Part shown: positions 1 through 12,800 of the stretch, piece by piece | Layout: each line of letters begins with the position of its first letter | Numbering within the stretch: position 1 is the stretch's first letter | Assembly (NCBI RefSeq): GCF_001194135.2 | Contig: NC_068984.1 | Coordinates: forward strand, 72,042,868 to 72,106,867 | Direction of reading: 5' to 3' | Length of the DNA stretch: 64,000 bases | DNA from: Octopus bimaculoides | Lineage: Eukaryota | Program-made: the position numbers and the translations under genes | The notes under the pieces: model-generated | What the model was told of the DNA's origin: nothing | Seen by the model: the letters and a program-made list of their open reading frames with translations, nothing else | Database searches by the model: none

Positions 1-204
1 AATGTATAATTAGATATTTCCATGTATATCTATGCATGTTTAAACGAATTTAATCACAAACACCATGCACACCACAGTGTATGTATACGTACGTACTTAG
101 ATACATACATACATATATATGTACATACATACATACATGCATTACTCCATCCCATTTTGAAGGGTATGTGTTTCCAATCCAGGAAGTATCAAAGAAAGAT
201 CTGA

Positions 205-960
205 TGCCGAAAAATCTGTAAAATCCGATGCAGATTTTATGGAGTTAACTCCGAAAGTATCGCCCACAACATATGCAGTTGTCCGAAAATGTCATTACGG
301 TATTATCTACCGATGGCGTATGGTGTTGTAGCTAGGACACTTTATAATGAAATTCGTCGGAAGAATAACCCCGAGGACAAAAAAATAAGAACCCACGGTA
401 CGGTTGAAGTCATAGCTACTCTTAATAAAAAGGAGTACTGGTGGAATGTCCCAGTGAAGACCTCAATAAAATGTAAATACAACAGACCTGCCCAGCGGAT
501 GTTAACATAAAGCTGAAGGTCAGTGAAAAGGAGAATACCTACGCTAAATTATTGAGAAATTTGCAGTTACTCTATCAAGATCACAATTTTAATTATATTC
601 CTGTAATAATTGGACACCTGGGATATGTAACACACTGCCTAAATACCAATCTTGAGAAATTTGACTTCTGAAAAGCAGTAAAGAGAAAGCTACTTCGACT
701 ACAGATCCAATACGTCAATGGGAATGTTAAAGTCTGTAAGACTTCCCAGAAGGTTATCATTTAGATATATATGAGCATCGCTAGATATGCAACTATATGC
801 ATGAGAATACTTACACAAAATAAAACTTTGCACATATATATGCATACTTACATACAAAAATACCTTGTTGTTGATGTTGAAGTTCTAATGAAGAAGGCTT
901 GAATCTAGATTACAAACCTACTTTTTCTCTATTGGCAAGAAATCTTGAAATAAAACTCAT
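205..960 (+). mobile_element. 3' fragment of an R4/Dong-clade (restriction-like endonuclease) non-LTR retrotransposon, decayed
   Basis: Manual translation from 226 gives RCRFYGVNSESIAHNICSCPKMSLRYYLP...EYWWNVPVKTSIKCKYNRP (degenerate CCHC knuckle, then the REL linker). A shifted frame gives CPADVNIKLKVSEKENTYAKLLRNLQLLYQDHNFNYIPVIIGHLGYV...VKVCKT. The PD..D catalytic segment is deleted at ~488. A 3' UTR runs into a (TACA)n tract. Confidence 0.8.
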
Positions 961-964
961 TAAT

Positions 965-965
965 G

Positions 966-998
<33 letters not shown>

Positions 999-1096
999 CG
1001 CACATACATACATACAAATGCGCACATTTGTGTGTGTGTATGTGTTAGGCAACGAGCACAACAATTAATTCGAAATTCGAAAAGTGAGTCAAGATA

Positions 1097-1165
<69 letters not shown>
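965..1165. repeat. (TACA)n, short (TG)n and (ATT)n microsatellites
   Basis: Directly visible; (ATT)n spans 1098-1163. Confidence 0.95.
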
Positions 1166-1168
<3 letters not shown>

Positions 1169-2243
1169 ATATATTTAAATAAATATTAATATAAACAGAT
1201 AAAACTTTGTCAGCGCCAAAAAATTGGTTCCCTAATGAGTTCTTACAAAGGTATCGACAGGGATTGATCAATATTGAACATACTGCCGAGAATCAGCTCT
1301 GGACTAAATTTTTCTGAAGTATTATGTCTGTTCTACTCTTCAACCTTCATTTGCAGTTAAACCGATCTCTGTCGCTTTATATCACTAGTTTACTTGAAAA
1401 TACTCATAGCTACATGCTTCAGATGTTTTCATGTATGTTGTATAATAACACTCTTTACCGCTTCAGGTATTGTATTCGCACAATTTTTGTTGTATCGCTT
1501 CCGGGGATTAAACTATAACCGAATGTGTTGTGAAATACGAATGAGGCAATACAAAATTTAAATAGTTTGCTATTGGCAGTGTAGGCAAACCAGAATCTAT
1601 TCATACGGAAACTATTTCTGTCTACGAACAAGTTTATGAAAAATTGTGATATAACTATTAGTTTACCTTTCAAAGCAAGGTTTCAATTGTATGTTTTTAT
1701 GTGTTTTTTTTCTAAAGTGTCTAACTTACATTATGTTGCAATACTTATAAATAATTTTCTTATTTATCACCAATATACTTATATACGAGTTGGTATTATC
1801 TGTGTCTGAATTTGTATGTATTCTAAATATCAGTAAACTACTGATATCTCCGTAAACAAAGAAACCGAAATGTTATCTGGCAGAGTTCTAAATAGAGTTA
1901 GATCAATTCAACATTTTCAAAATTGGGCTGATAATTCTCCTTCATGCGTCAATTATGCTATGTTACTTGATAGTTTCTATATGCATATACCTAATAATAT
2001 GCTTACACATAAAAATATGTACACATACACCATACTCATTAATGTAAAACAAAATACGGATAAATATATAAGTGTGTGTAGGGCTATATGTGTTTAATGT
2101 CGAAGACACCTAGTTCATTTTGTCCATATTGTTCTTCCATCAACTGCTGCTCATATTTTCGGCAATATCCGCCACTTGTTTGTGTAGTATGTACGCAAAA
2201 AAGAGACTGGTACATATATAAAGATAGAATACCTACAAAAATC

Positions 2244-3029
2244 GGCACTGTCATGGTATTAGCTGTCAGAAGTCAAAGTAGAAACATCTGACAAGGAACG
2301 TTACTGCTAGTTTGAGTTGATTCTTTGGCTACTCAACAGAGAGAATTTATCAAAATAGAAAACAAATGAAGTTTGAAGTTAAGTTTAAAAATAAATGTGA
2401 TACTTATGCTCCGTAGATACTTATACTCTGTAATATTTCAAAACGCATGGATATAGGTGTCGAATTTGTTCCAATAACTTTTCGAAGATTCCGTCCTTAA
2501 ATTCATAACGCCACATGAATTCAATCAGATGCGACTGAAGTAAATTTCGGGCTGTTCCATTTTCTCTTTTGTTGAGATTCTTTACATGCTTCCATAAGCA
2601 TTTTATGTGGTTGGTTGTGACAAATGTTACCGGATCAACAAAATTTATAGAATGATTTACAGTCAACTGTCTATATCCTAGCTGACTGAGCGTATTATAT
2701 AAACGTCAGAGGTCAGGAATTATAGTCGTACCAGGCAGTATACGCTCTTGTAGATAGACAGACAGACAGACACACACACACACACACACACACACACANN
2801 NNNNNNNNNNNNNNNNNNNNNNNNNNNNNNNNNNNNNNNNNNNNNNNNNNNNNNNNNNNNNNNNNNNNNNNNNNNNNNNNNNNNNNNNNNNCACACACAC
2901 ACACAGACAGACAGACACACACACACACACACACACACACAGATAGCTCCGGCCAGTCAGTAGCCAAAGTAACGTTCCTTGTCAGATTTGTCTATTTTCA
3001 CTTCTGACAGCTAATACTATGACAGTGCC
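2244..3029 (-). mobile_element. Merlin (IS1016/ISXO2-like) DNA transposon, internally deleted, both ends intact
   Basis: 62-bp TIRs at 2244-2305 and 2968-3029 (57/62 identical, starting GG). 8-bp TSD caaaaatc (2236-2243) / caaaaata (3030-3037). The minus frame from ~2750 to 2421 reads LQERILPGTTIIPDL*RLYNTLSQLGYRQLTVNHSINFVDP...LLQSHLIEFMWR, the ISXO2/Merlin transposase C-terminal half. Confidence 0.9.
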
Positions 3030-3890
3030 CAAAAATAAGCACTAATTGGCACTCTAAGAAATCTCCTCAGTGTTCTTCAAGCATGAACATTAGATAAGTG
3101 TCACCTTTGTCTGTTGGCTGAGGATAGCTGAGACTTTCCATCATACCCAGCAAATTAAGCTGGGAGTTTTATAGTACACTGGTGTTTGCGTTGTTAAACT
3201 TAGTCACGGATATATCGGAGAAAAGTTTTAAAAAAACTGTCAATTGGATTTCGTTTCTTCTGCCATAGTCGCCTGATTTGTGATCGAACATTGCTGACTT
3301 ACTTATGAGGGTAAGTAGAATAGCTGTTATCATGTGTAGAAAGGATCCAACTATCCGTCAACTCCATAAAGAAGATCGCTCTCCTGCTTTACTTGTGCTG
3401 GGAACAGCAGTTCCCCCTTTCATGTGTCTGTGGCGAAAAAAGCCCTGCGACAGACAGGCTGAAAATTCCGAAGATAATTTCCTTTCTGAATCAAGTCTCA
3501 TCGACGTTTTGAAGATAACATAGAACAGAAAGTGAATTGGAACAGTGAATGCGTGAATCTAGTAAGTATGGCATGGTCGTGTGGACTCTATCTCATCATA
3601 TAACTACAGACTGAATAGTATGGAGGCAAGAAATGTACTTGACACATTACGCGTGCTCAATGAAATGACACAGGACGTGTGAACTTCTGGCTTGACACAG
3701 GATAACGATTCTCCTGATACTGTGGAATTTTTTATTTCAAATGTTTGGTTGTTATTTGCTTTTTTATATGCATTTCTATAACTTACCATTGTGCTTTGTG
3801 TTAGTATCGTCTAAATGTTTTTGGAATACCTTAGAGCCATTAAGGAATTACTATTATTTTTCGTAATATCCTTAACATTTTTCTTCTTTT

Positions 3891-3908
3891 TATTATTATT
3901 ATTATTAT

Positions 3909-3972
<64 letters not shown>

Positions 3973-3988
3973 GGTAGTGGTGGTGGTG

Positions 3989-4056
<68 letters not shown>

Positions 4057-4073
4057 TGTAGTAGTAGTAGTGA
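3891..4073. repeat. Compound (ATT)n(AGT)n(GGT)n microsatellite
   Basis: Directly visible. Confidence 0.95.
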
Positions 4074-4446
4074 TGTTACAGATATTATTTCACTGTTAAC
4101 ATTGCACCGGTTATTTAATTAATGTATCTACCGTTGATGTAATGAGGTGAAAAATTATTTAAATATTATTGCTATTCAACAAGTTTTGATTTACCGGGTG
4201 GGAAACGTTGCATTGGCAACTAAACATCGTTTCTCTTGATATGTTGACTTGTACTATACTAAACGATGCTATTCACGATGCAAATAATCTCCGTATATTT
4301 TGAACCTTCAATTTATTATCTAATCTGTAAGTCTCGTTATTTCACTGATATTAATTTAGTGGCACGTGGCTATCGAAATGCAGCTGACTAGTACATATAT
4401 AACAGCTTCTTTTTGTGGGTGGGAAAATAGTGGAGTTACAGATACT

Positions 4447-5486
4447 TCATATTCCTATAACTGATACTGGAGGAGAGGGAGGGGAGGATATCGGGGTTGG
4501 ATGGAAGGGATATTGATATTTTTTTTTTGTGAATAGTGGTGGGGAGGGAAGTTTGGATTTCATGTGTTTGCTGAAGGAGCTGTTTTCTTGTTTGTGCTTG
4601 ATGTTGAGGGGTGGATTTGGGGATCTTCCTTTTGGGTACTTTTTTCGTTTTACAGTCGACCATCCGTATTCACTCCCAGGTGGTTGAATGTTTTCATTGC
4701 TAGGAGCCTGCTGGTCGCTCTTCTGTGTCTCTGCCACTTCTTTTTAGGCCGTCTTCACCTTACGGGTAGGACAGTTTTCCCATATGTGGCCCTTCTCTCC
4801 ACATTCGAATCATCGGGATCTTCTCCCCTCCACCATTACTTGTAAGGTGCTTTCTTCTCTGTGGTGTATATTTTCCATGATCTTTCACAGGGTCTGTGGT
4901 GCCGCATGGATGATGACCACGAGCCTTTTCCCCTTCCAGTAGTTCTGGTCGATTTTTAAGACCTCTAGTATTGTTATTGCTTCTTGCAGCCCCATTAATA
5001 GGGCTGAGCATACCCATGTGACGTCAATTTCTGGCGCGATCTCTTCTATTGTAATTTTTGATGTGCGCCTGCTTAAGTACGTTTGCAGCAACACAATGTC
5101 TGAAGTTCTCAAGGGTTTCACTGTGTTTTAGCCCTCTCTTCGCTCTTGAAATAAACCACTACGTTTGTAAAGCGTTTCCCTCTGGTCATGAGCTCTATAC
5201 CCTGCCACATCGGTTGTAGGCATTTTTCTGTATCTTCCCTTAGTGCCTTCTCGAGTGTTCTTTTATTACCAGGGTTTTAAACACGATTATTTTTTTGGCA
5301 GTTTTCTCTATGATTTCGCTTGGGAGGGTGGCTTTTATGTCGTATCCCTCCTTCACAAACATGTTTTGGTGCTGCATTAGCACACTTCATTCTACACAAT
5401 CTTTCTCTTTTGATTCCAGCCGCAGCTGCAAAATTTATCTTTTTTGGCTGTTCAACAAATTTCTCTGCCGTCAGCATTTCATTCAT
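4447..5486 (-). mobile_element. L1/Tx1-type non-LTR retrotransposon ORF1 (gag-like, CCHC zinc knuckle), frameshifted
   Basis: Minus-strand pieces: KINFAAAAG; IELMTRGKRFTNVVVYFKSEERAK; KPLRTSDIVLLQTYLSRRTSKITIEEIAPEIDVTWV; VMVEGRRSR*FECGEKGHIWENCP (CX2CX4HX4C with the first Cys mutated to a stop); then a Pro/Lys/Ser-rich tail. The block is GC-richer than its flanks. Confidence 0.7.
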
Positions 5487-5733
5487 TTTATCAGTTTTTT
5501 TCCTCTTCAGAGGAAGTATTTATTTTTAAACAAAATTTGTGGATAAGTTCCACAAAAGTAGATAATCCGCCCCCCACTTACATAAGGGAATAAAAGTTTA
5601 CATCATCTACAACACACTGAACGCAATTATTAACAATACTGGGAAAAATTCAGTAACAACAATTTCAACACTAACCTTCAAATAAAAAAAAAAAGAAATA
5701 AAACACCACAGAATTATTCACAAGTCACAATAC

Positions 5734-5784
5734 TGCTCAGCATTTCACCCGATGTGCTAATCATTCTGCCAGCTCACTGCCCTT
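5734..5784 (-). mobile_element. 5' head fragment of SINE family A
   Basis: Reverse complement aagggcagtgagctggcagaatgattagcacatcgggtgaaatgctgagca matches the start of the full copy at 20121. Confidence 0.65.
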
Positions 5785-6428
5785 ATAGTATATTAGAGTG
5801 TACAGATTAATGTAAAGCACGATATATCCAAGACAACAGCATATACTGCCGCAAATTTTACGCATAAAATATATTAATGAAGAGTGTTCTGTTTAAAACT
5901 GTTGAAAATTAAGTCAGTATAAACGGAAATAAAAGAAAATAGTGTTTGTAATATAATTCACAAAATTATATTAACAAGTTCATTCATCACCTTATATTTG
6001 CTGAGTTTCATTGCAAACTAATCGTTTAAAATGTATATATATATAATTCATGAGGTGGTTGTGGTATACACATATAAAATTTTATCTCATATGTATTTTA
6101 GGTGAAATTATTTGAAATAATTTGAATATTGTGTAGATATGTTAATGATAATTTACGGTTAATGCACTGAAACGATTTAGTAAAATCTTATTTACCATTT
6201 ATATACTTGTAAACAATGTTTTGTAAACTTCTAGAGCAAAGTTACGTAGAACTTTGTTGTCTCGAAATATATTCACTATGGTCATTAATATGCATTATTC
6301 TTGTAAATATCCAATTACCTCTATAAAACCTTTTCCCGTTTGCTTTGTTTTCATATTGCATTTTCCTACACGAAAAATATGTAGCACACCCTATTGTTTT
6401 TTTTTAGTTTTCTTTCTGTTCTACATAC

Positions 6429-6460
<32 letters not shown>

Positions 6461-7019
6461 TTGCTATAACGTCCAAGATTGTCAATGCTGTGTCAGTTAT
6501 TACATAATTCGCAGCTTAATACGCAGCTGGAGAATTGCCATTTTATACTATGCCATCAATCTCACACTGTATCCAATATTAAGACATATATTTCAATGCG
6601 ACACAGTTGAAATATATGCGTTATATGTCGCAATTGTAATTTGAAATTTTGATAAGTGATAAATTATTTCTGTCGAGGTTTTGAAGTGGAGGTTACCCAT
6701 TCAGCATCGTACTAACATTAGACTAACTTTATATGCAGTGGCAAAAATCTTACTCACTTCTGACTAACTGCACACATGATAAAAGACAACAGCTTACAAA
6801 CTTCGGATTCTCATGAAAATTAATCTATTATTATAGCTATTCAAGACATGTTTTCGTAAACGTAACGTATAATCAATTGCATCTCCTGTAATATTCATGT
6901 ATAAGTCTGTTGTTTACAAATACGTTTATCCTTTTAATTTAATGTTGATTGATTACTTCCTATCATAGGCAGATGGTCCGACATTTGAGTGTTCAATATC
7001 GCAAATATCGGTTCTTGGC

Positions 7020-7168
7020 TTTAGGATTAGTATTTCTTTATCGATGGTTATCGAAGTACGAAGGATAACGTTCACCTCCGCAGGATTTGAACGGAGGACG
7101 CAGTGAATAGTAATACATAAAGTAAATGCCTTTTGACTTACACTTTAACGACCCTGCCAATCCACTGA
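7020..7168 (-). mobile_element. Highly degenerate SINE family A copy
   Basis: Patchy similarity to 20121-20347 (ttatcga...cctccgcaggatttgaac...ctgccaatc). Confidence 0.4.
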
Positions 7169-8629
7169 GTTTGATATTTAAGTTATAAAATCAATTTAAA
7201 TCAAATGTACTGCCCAACAATTCTAGTTAACAACTGCCAAACACCAGACCGATACTTATATAATTGTACAGCTGTCAGACAGGAAGAGAAAAAAGAGAGA
7301 TATAGCGGACCATATGTTTGTATTTAGCTTGTTATGTTTCACTGCAACAAGACGTTTGTCTATTCAATGTTTCTAGTTCTGCACACTTGAATCGATGTAA
7401 GTAAAAGTTAGTGTGTTAAGGAGCCAAGTTGTTTCTTCTCGTCACTGTTAAATAGACTTCAAATAAAATGAAAATCACAAGAACTACTAATAATGAAATG
7501 TCAAGAAAGATGTAGTCATTCATGTATAGATAATTTAAAGTTTAATAGACCAAACACAAGTAGGCTGGAATAATACATTAACCTAGAGACCCTTTGAAAT
7601 TCAGTTTTAGTTTCTGTTGATAAACTACTGATAATGTACGAAAGTTTACAGTTGATGTTATCCAAATAGTTCAGTAGGTGTGTCTGCAAACCATTAAGTG
7701 AGAACGGGGAGGAGAGAGAAGGAAATACAAAGTACATTCAAATGAGAGAAGAGGAGCGTAACATTTATATGTGTGATATAGGAACGTTTTATGAGAGATA
7801 ATCATTTCAAAATTGATAGCAGCCTTATCTAGTAAAGACAATTCAAATATTTGCTGATGCCTAAAATACTAATTATCACATTTTACCTCTCAGTAAAAAT
7901 GATAGAAATTATGTGGACCGTGTGCCTCAAGTATAAGGAAGTATTAGGAGTTATATACGCTCACAGGTGAGTAAATGTTTGTTAGCATTTCGGTTGAAGG
8001 ATTTAACAAACATAACACATTTCGGGCTTCATGTTTACTCTTCATCCTAACTAGTTTGAAGATGGTACGGTGGATGTTATATCATGATATGAATACAAAG
8101 AAGCCAATAATTGTCTAGAAAGTGAATTATAAAGTAAGACGTGTTTTCATTTAAATTTGTTTGCATATAAGATATGAATGTATTTAAGCGAATTTAAGAT
8201 ACTTGTAAAAGAAATATATGACCTGGTTCCTATCGAAAATCATTGCTGTCAAATAAACATTCTAAAGTATGGACATGTAAAAGAGACATGAAAAGCAACA
8301 AATTTCATTCATAATACTGTAGTTTGCTTTCGATTGTCCTGAGGCAATGCAACCTATGTGTTATTGCTGAAGACCTTATTTTTCACACTACTGTTCATTT
8401 TACTGTCGGGAATAGACAACAGATTGTTTGAAATGCTTTACTGTAACAAAGAGTAATGTTTCATTTTTGCGAAGCTAATTATCATCTAATCATAGGAATA
8501 TGTGTGTGCCCCCCGGTTTACTAGTTGCTGATGGTCTTATGGTCTTATAGTTACTTGTGCATATTTTTACGATGTGTCTTTCAATTCTTGTTTTCATCTC
8601 ATTCATACTTTCATGCAATCTCAAGTTTT

Positions 8630-9260
8630 ACTTCTTCAAAAAATGGGCATTCAGTTTCTACTTGTCAAGAATATGGCGAAGTAAAGAAAGTCTTGAGTTA
8701 TTGCAATGTCACAAACACAATTGGATAATGTGCGTTGAATATAAAATGCTATACTTCCTTCTTGATCAGTAACGGGGATACACCTTGAATCTCTGCTTTC
8801 TGTGCATGTGGGAAAAGAGAGATTAAAGAAGCATTGGTTGAAATTGCGATCCAAATCTGGGCCTCAAATCTGGTGATCCCAACGTTTTATATGGTCCACT
8901 TGTTGACATAACAAATTTTATTCCTACCTGTGCACGCGAAACTGAGTCTCACGGAGGAATTCGTTAAATCTTTGGCATCTGTGGATGACACTTCCAAGTA
9001 CATAATTTTGATGTTTCTTGGCCTGATAGTTGGAAAAAATCAAGGCCCGTGTATTTCATGGTCCTCAGATTCAGCTACTCACAAAGATGCACACTTTATC
9101 GGGTCAGTGCCACCACTCGAAAAATGTGCTTGGTTATCATTCAGGGACTTTGTCAAGAAAGTTCTTGCAAATACCCAAAGAACAAATAAAACAAAATTGT
9201 CAAGACATCAGTGGAAAAGTTTCTGTAATTGTTGCAATATTGGACGTACATCTGTATATT
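8630..9260 (+). mobile_element. Chapaev3-like (CMC group) transposase, central catalytic region, decayed
   Basis: Across frameshifts: NGHSV..EYGEVKKVLELLQCHKHNWIMCVEYKMLYFLLDQ*RGYT..CFLCMW; HAKLSLTEEFVKSL; EKIKARVFHGPQI; EKCAWLSFRDFVKKVLAN. These match the LHIKLGLMKQFVKAL / GPQIR / AWLSF..VV..FLGN pattern. Family name assigned from memory. Confidence 0.75.
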
Positions 9261-10800
9261 TGTACAAGTAATGGAGGATTTTAAGTATATAATCCTCCTA
9301 TTAGCTTTATCACAGAAGGACTAACAGAGATGTATATATCATATTATACATTTCATATTTAAAATCAAAACATTGCCATTACTCTTCATTGCATTTTAAT
9401 ACATATACTGCTTTCTATCATGCTCATATTCCTTCTGACCACTTGTTTCTAACTTCATTACTTCAAAGTCAAACAGCAAGCAATATACACAACCATTTGC
9501 AAGACAAACTCTTGTTTTGATACTACACAATTCATCGATTACAAGTGAATAAATTTCAACGTAAAACCTTTCATGCAAAACGTACAATAATGCAATTAAT
9601 TACACTTACGTATAACATCCAACATTGTAAATTGTCTGTACATTTGGTATTGACCCGGGAGTTTCAAGAGATTTCACTCTTCTATTGTATTTGCATATTT
9701 ACATTCAGTCAGTTTCATCTTTCCTGTATTTTGAAAGATGCAAATTCCCCTTTAAAATTAATGAAGAACTAACTTTTTAGAGTAAATTGACTTTATCTTT
9801 GTATGTCACTCTGCCATTTTCTTTCATTTACCGGTTTGCTTAGCATAATTTTTATTAATTTCTCCAAGGTATCGTTTTTCATTGGCAATACAAGTTTATT
9901 CATTCGTACGAATTAGCTTGGGAATATTTTCCCTAATATAATCACCTGCTCACTTTAACACGGTTAGACTGCTTATGATCAAACACTAATATGTCCGTTC
10001 ATGCAAGCAATTTATTTGCACCAGCAAATTGTTTCAATAAGGGTATAAATGTTAACAAAGGACTTCGAAATTGGATTGTGTCTACTCCAAACCAAAACTA
10101 TATATCTGTTAATGTAAGAGAACTTTCATGGGAATGGGTTAGCGGTCTATTTAGAAAACGTTCTATAATTCGTACTTTCTTATGCGTAAAATGAGAACTA
10201 CTACAGTTTGACAAATATAGCCTATAAATAGAACATTCATATGACAACGCTTCCAAAACAAAAATTCACTGCAGATATAGCCATTATACAAAAAGAAGAT
10301 TGTGTGGTTTTGATTGTAACTGCAAAAAATGAGAACTATCGTATGATCATGTAAACATATTATAAATGTTTGATGTTTTATAAATCTTATAAATTTTATA
10401 ATTTTTAAGACAATCAAAGGAATGGTTAGGGTTGTGTACATTATTTTACTCAACATTTTGCTATTCACAGCGTTACTTCGAAAGAAAATATGGCAATAGT
10501 GTGTTTCATGCTGAATAAGTGATGTTTTAAATAATTTAATCCAAAATAACAAAGTCTAATTTTGGATAATGGACGCTAATCATCGAGTTTTTTGGGCGAT
10601 GAATATATAGACCGGTATATTAATATATTTTGCTAAAATCTCTACGAGTTGTTATAATTAGCAATACAACAGTCGAGATGATCTGTATCATTTAAAGAGC
10701 AACTGCATGCACACTTACATATTTCACTTATTTTACTCCTTAAAATTTGGCATACCTGCTATCAGGAAGATACACACTGTAAGGTTTGTGAATATAGCAT

Positions 10801-10837
<37 letters not shown>

Positions 10838-11804
10838 TCAAATATTTCACTTTACTATCTAGGGAACAAATCTATCTCTGAACAATCTATGTTCATTCGA
10901 TCGTTTAAGTGTCAAAATGTATGAGTATTTCACTTTTTACACATCTACCTGATCGATCTACATCTGAAATATTTTCTTAGAAATCATTATAGTTTAATGT
11001 TTCATTCCCGTTACCGTCACGAACATGTCACATATTAACTTATCTGCGTGCTATTTACATTTATATGCTTCACAACATTAAACAAGAATTTCTGGTTTAA
11101 TGTTGTCAAGGACATAAATGTAAATCTCAATAAGATATCACATCTCATGTTTTTTTTTAAATACTTCATTCAAATTTGACTTTATTTTATATAGTTAATG
11201 AAGAGTAGTGCTTTTTTATGTTTATTACTGGGAAACCAGTTTTGATAGGTTTTCAGGAATGACGGGTGAAAGAGGCGTTTGCGGTTTAAATATCATATTT
11301 TATGGTTTATATACAAACTATATTTATTTCACTCTCCTTATTGCCGTAATGCAGCTTGAATATTTATCCAAATTTGTGTGATATCAAGTTTAAACTGGAA
11401 AATATTTTGATGGCTGCGAATGATTGAATATCAAACCAATGCATTATTTTACGCCGTTTAAATGCTTATAGAGTTAGCTAAATGTAAATAATTTACAGAT
11501 CATAAATTAGGTGCCATAAATGGTGAACTGACTATAAATTGGTGTTTACGTTTGAAGAAAAAAAGTGACTAAAATATAGGTTAACACAAGTAAGTACAAG
11601 TATCACAAGACAAAATAAACGAGCAAAGTATTAGGTTGATATAATTCCAACATGGATGTAATTTCTTGAAATGCATGGCTTTCATCGATTTTGGAAACAG
11701 GAATGTGAAACTACACAGTATTGGATAAGCTAAGCGTGGATATACGTACACACGTATACACACACACGCACTTAAACACACACACATAACTACACACACG
11801 CACA

Positions 11805-11847
<43 letters not shown>

Positions 11848-12561
11848 TTATATACATATATATATATATATATATATACATGCATATATATATATTTATC
11901 GATATTCATATCTGTATTTATGTACATATCTATATGCTTATATTTAAATGCATAATTATATGCATATAAACAAGCATAGTGGTAGCGGTCATGAACTTAT
12001 TTATTGAATTTCTTTAAAGTAAATATATTCTAAAATACTTCAGTTTCTTTCGGAAATGCATGATTTACAACGTAGATATTACTGGGAATTATTTTTATAA
12101 TCACTGAATCTACCTGTTTCACTATTGAGCTATTACTATGAAATGATAAGATATACTTGAAAACTATTTAGAGCAACATTACTTTTCGCTTCTTTATACA
12201 AATATGATGTTTATACTTCGGAGTTCATGTTAGACAGCTATGACGGCGAAACGAAAACAGCTTCAAAACCATGAGAATTAAAACGAGAAAATAATTCTGA
12301 AGTGATAATATTTTAAGTTAATTCCATTTTCCTTAGCGAATAACATTTTATATCTCTTTGAAAATGTTGAAAGTATAAACAAAGAACAATGTACATTGGT
12401 AGTAAAGGACATGGAATGTTGCGGGTCAATAAACTCATATAAGGTTGAAGTTAATTGTAACGAGATATCAAGTTAATAACGTAAGTGAAAATTTGTATAT
12501 TGTTATTAGTTGTACTGATCAACGTATGTAAACCTAAACAGTATCTATGGACTGAGTAAAT

Positions 12562-12800
<239 letters not shown>

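Noticed and set aside
880-935. ctaatga...acaaac in the R4/Dong 3' UTR as a hammerhead
   Set aside because: The core differs at several invariant positions and no GAAA follows a stem.
1170-1310. Possible additional R4/Dong 3' end next to the (ATT)n tract
   Set aside because: The peptide resemblance (LGSMFNIDQSLSI) is too weak to call.
10163-10552. 129-aa minus-strand ORF
   Set aside because: AT-rich I/F/K-biased composition with no motif and no convincing splice signals; consistent with chance.
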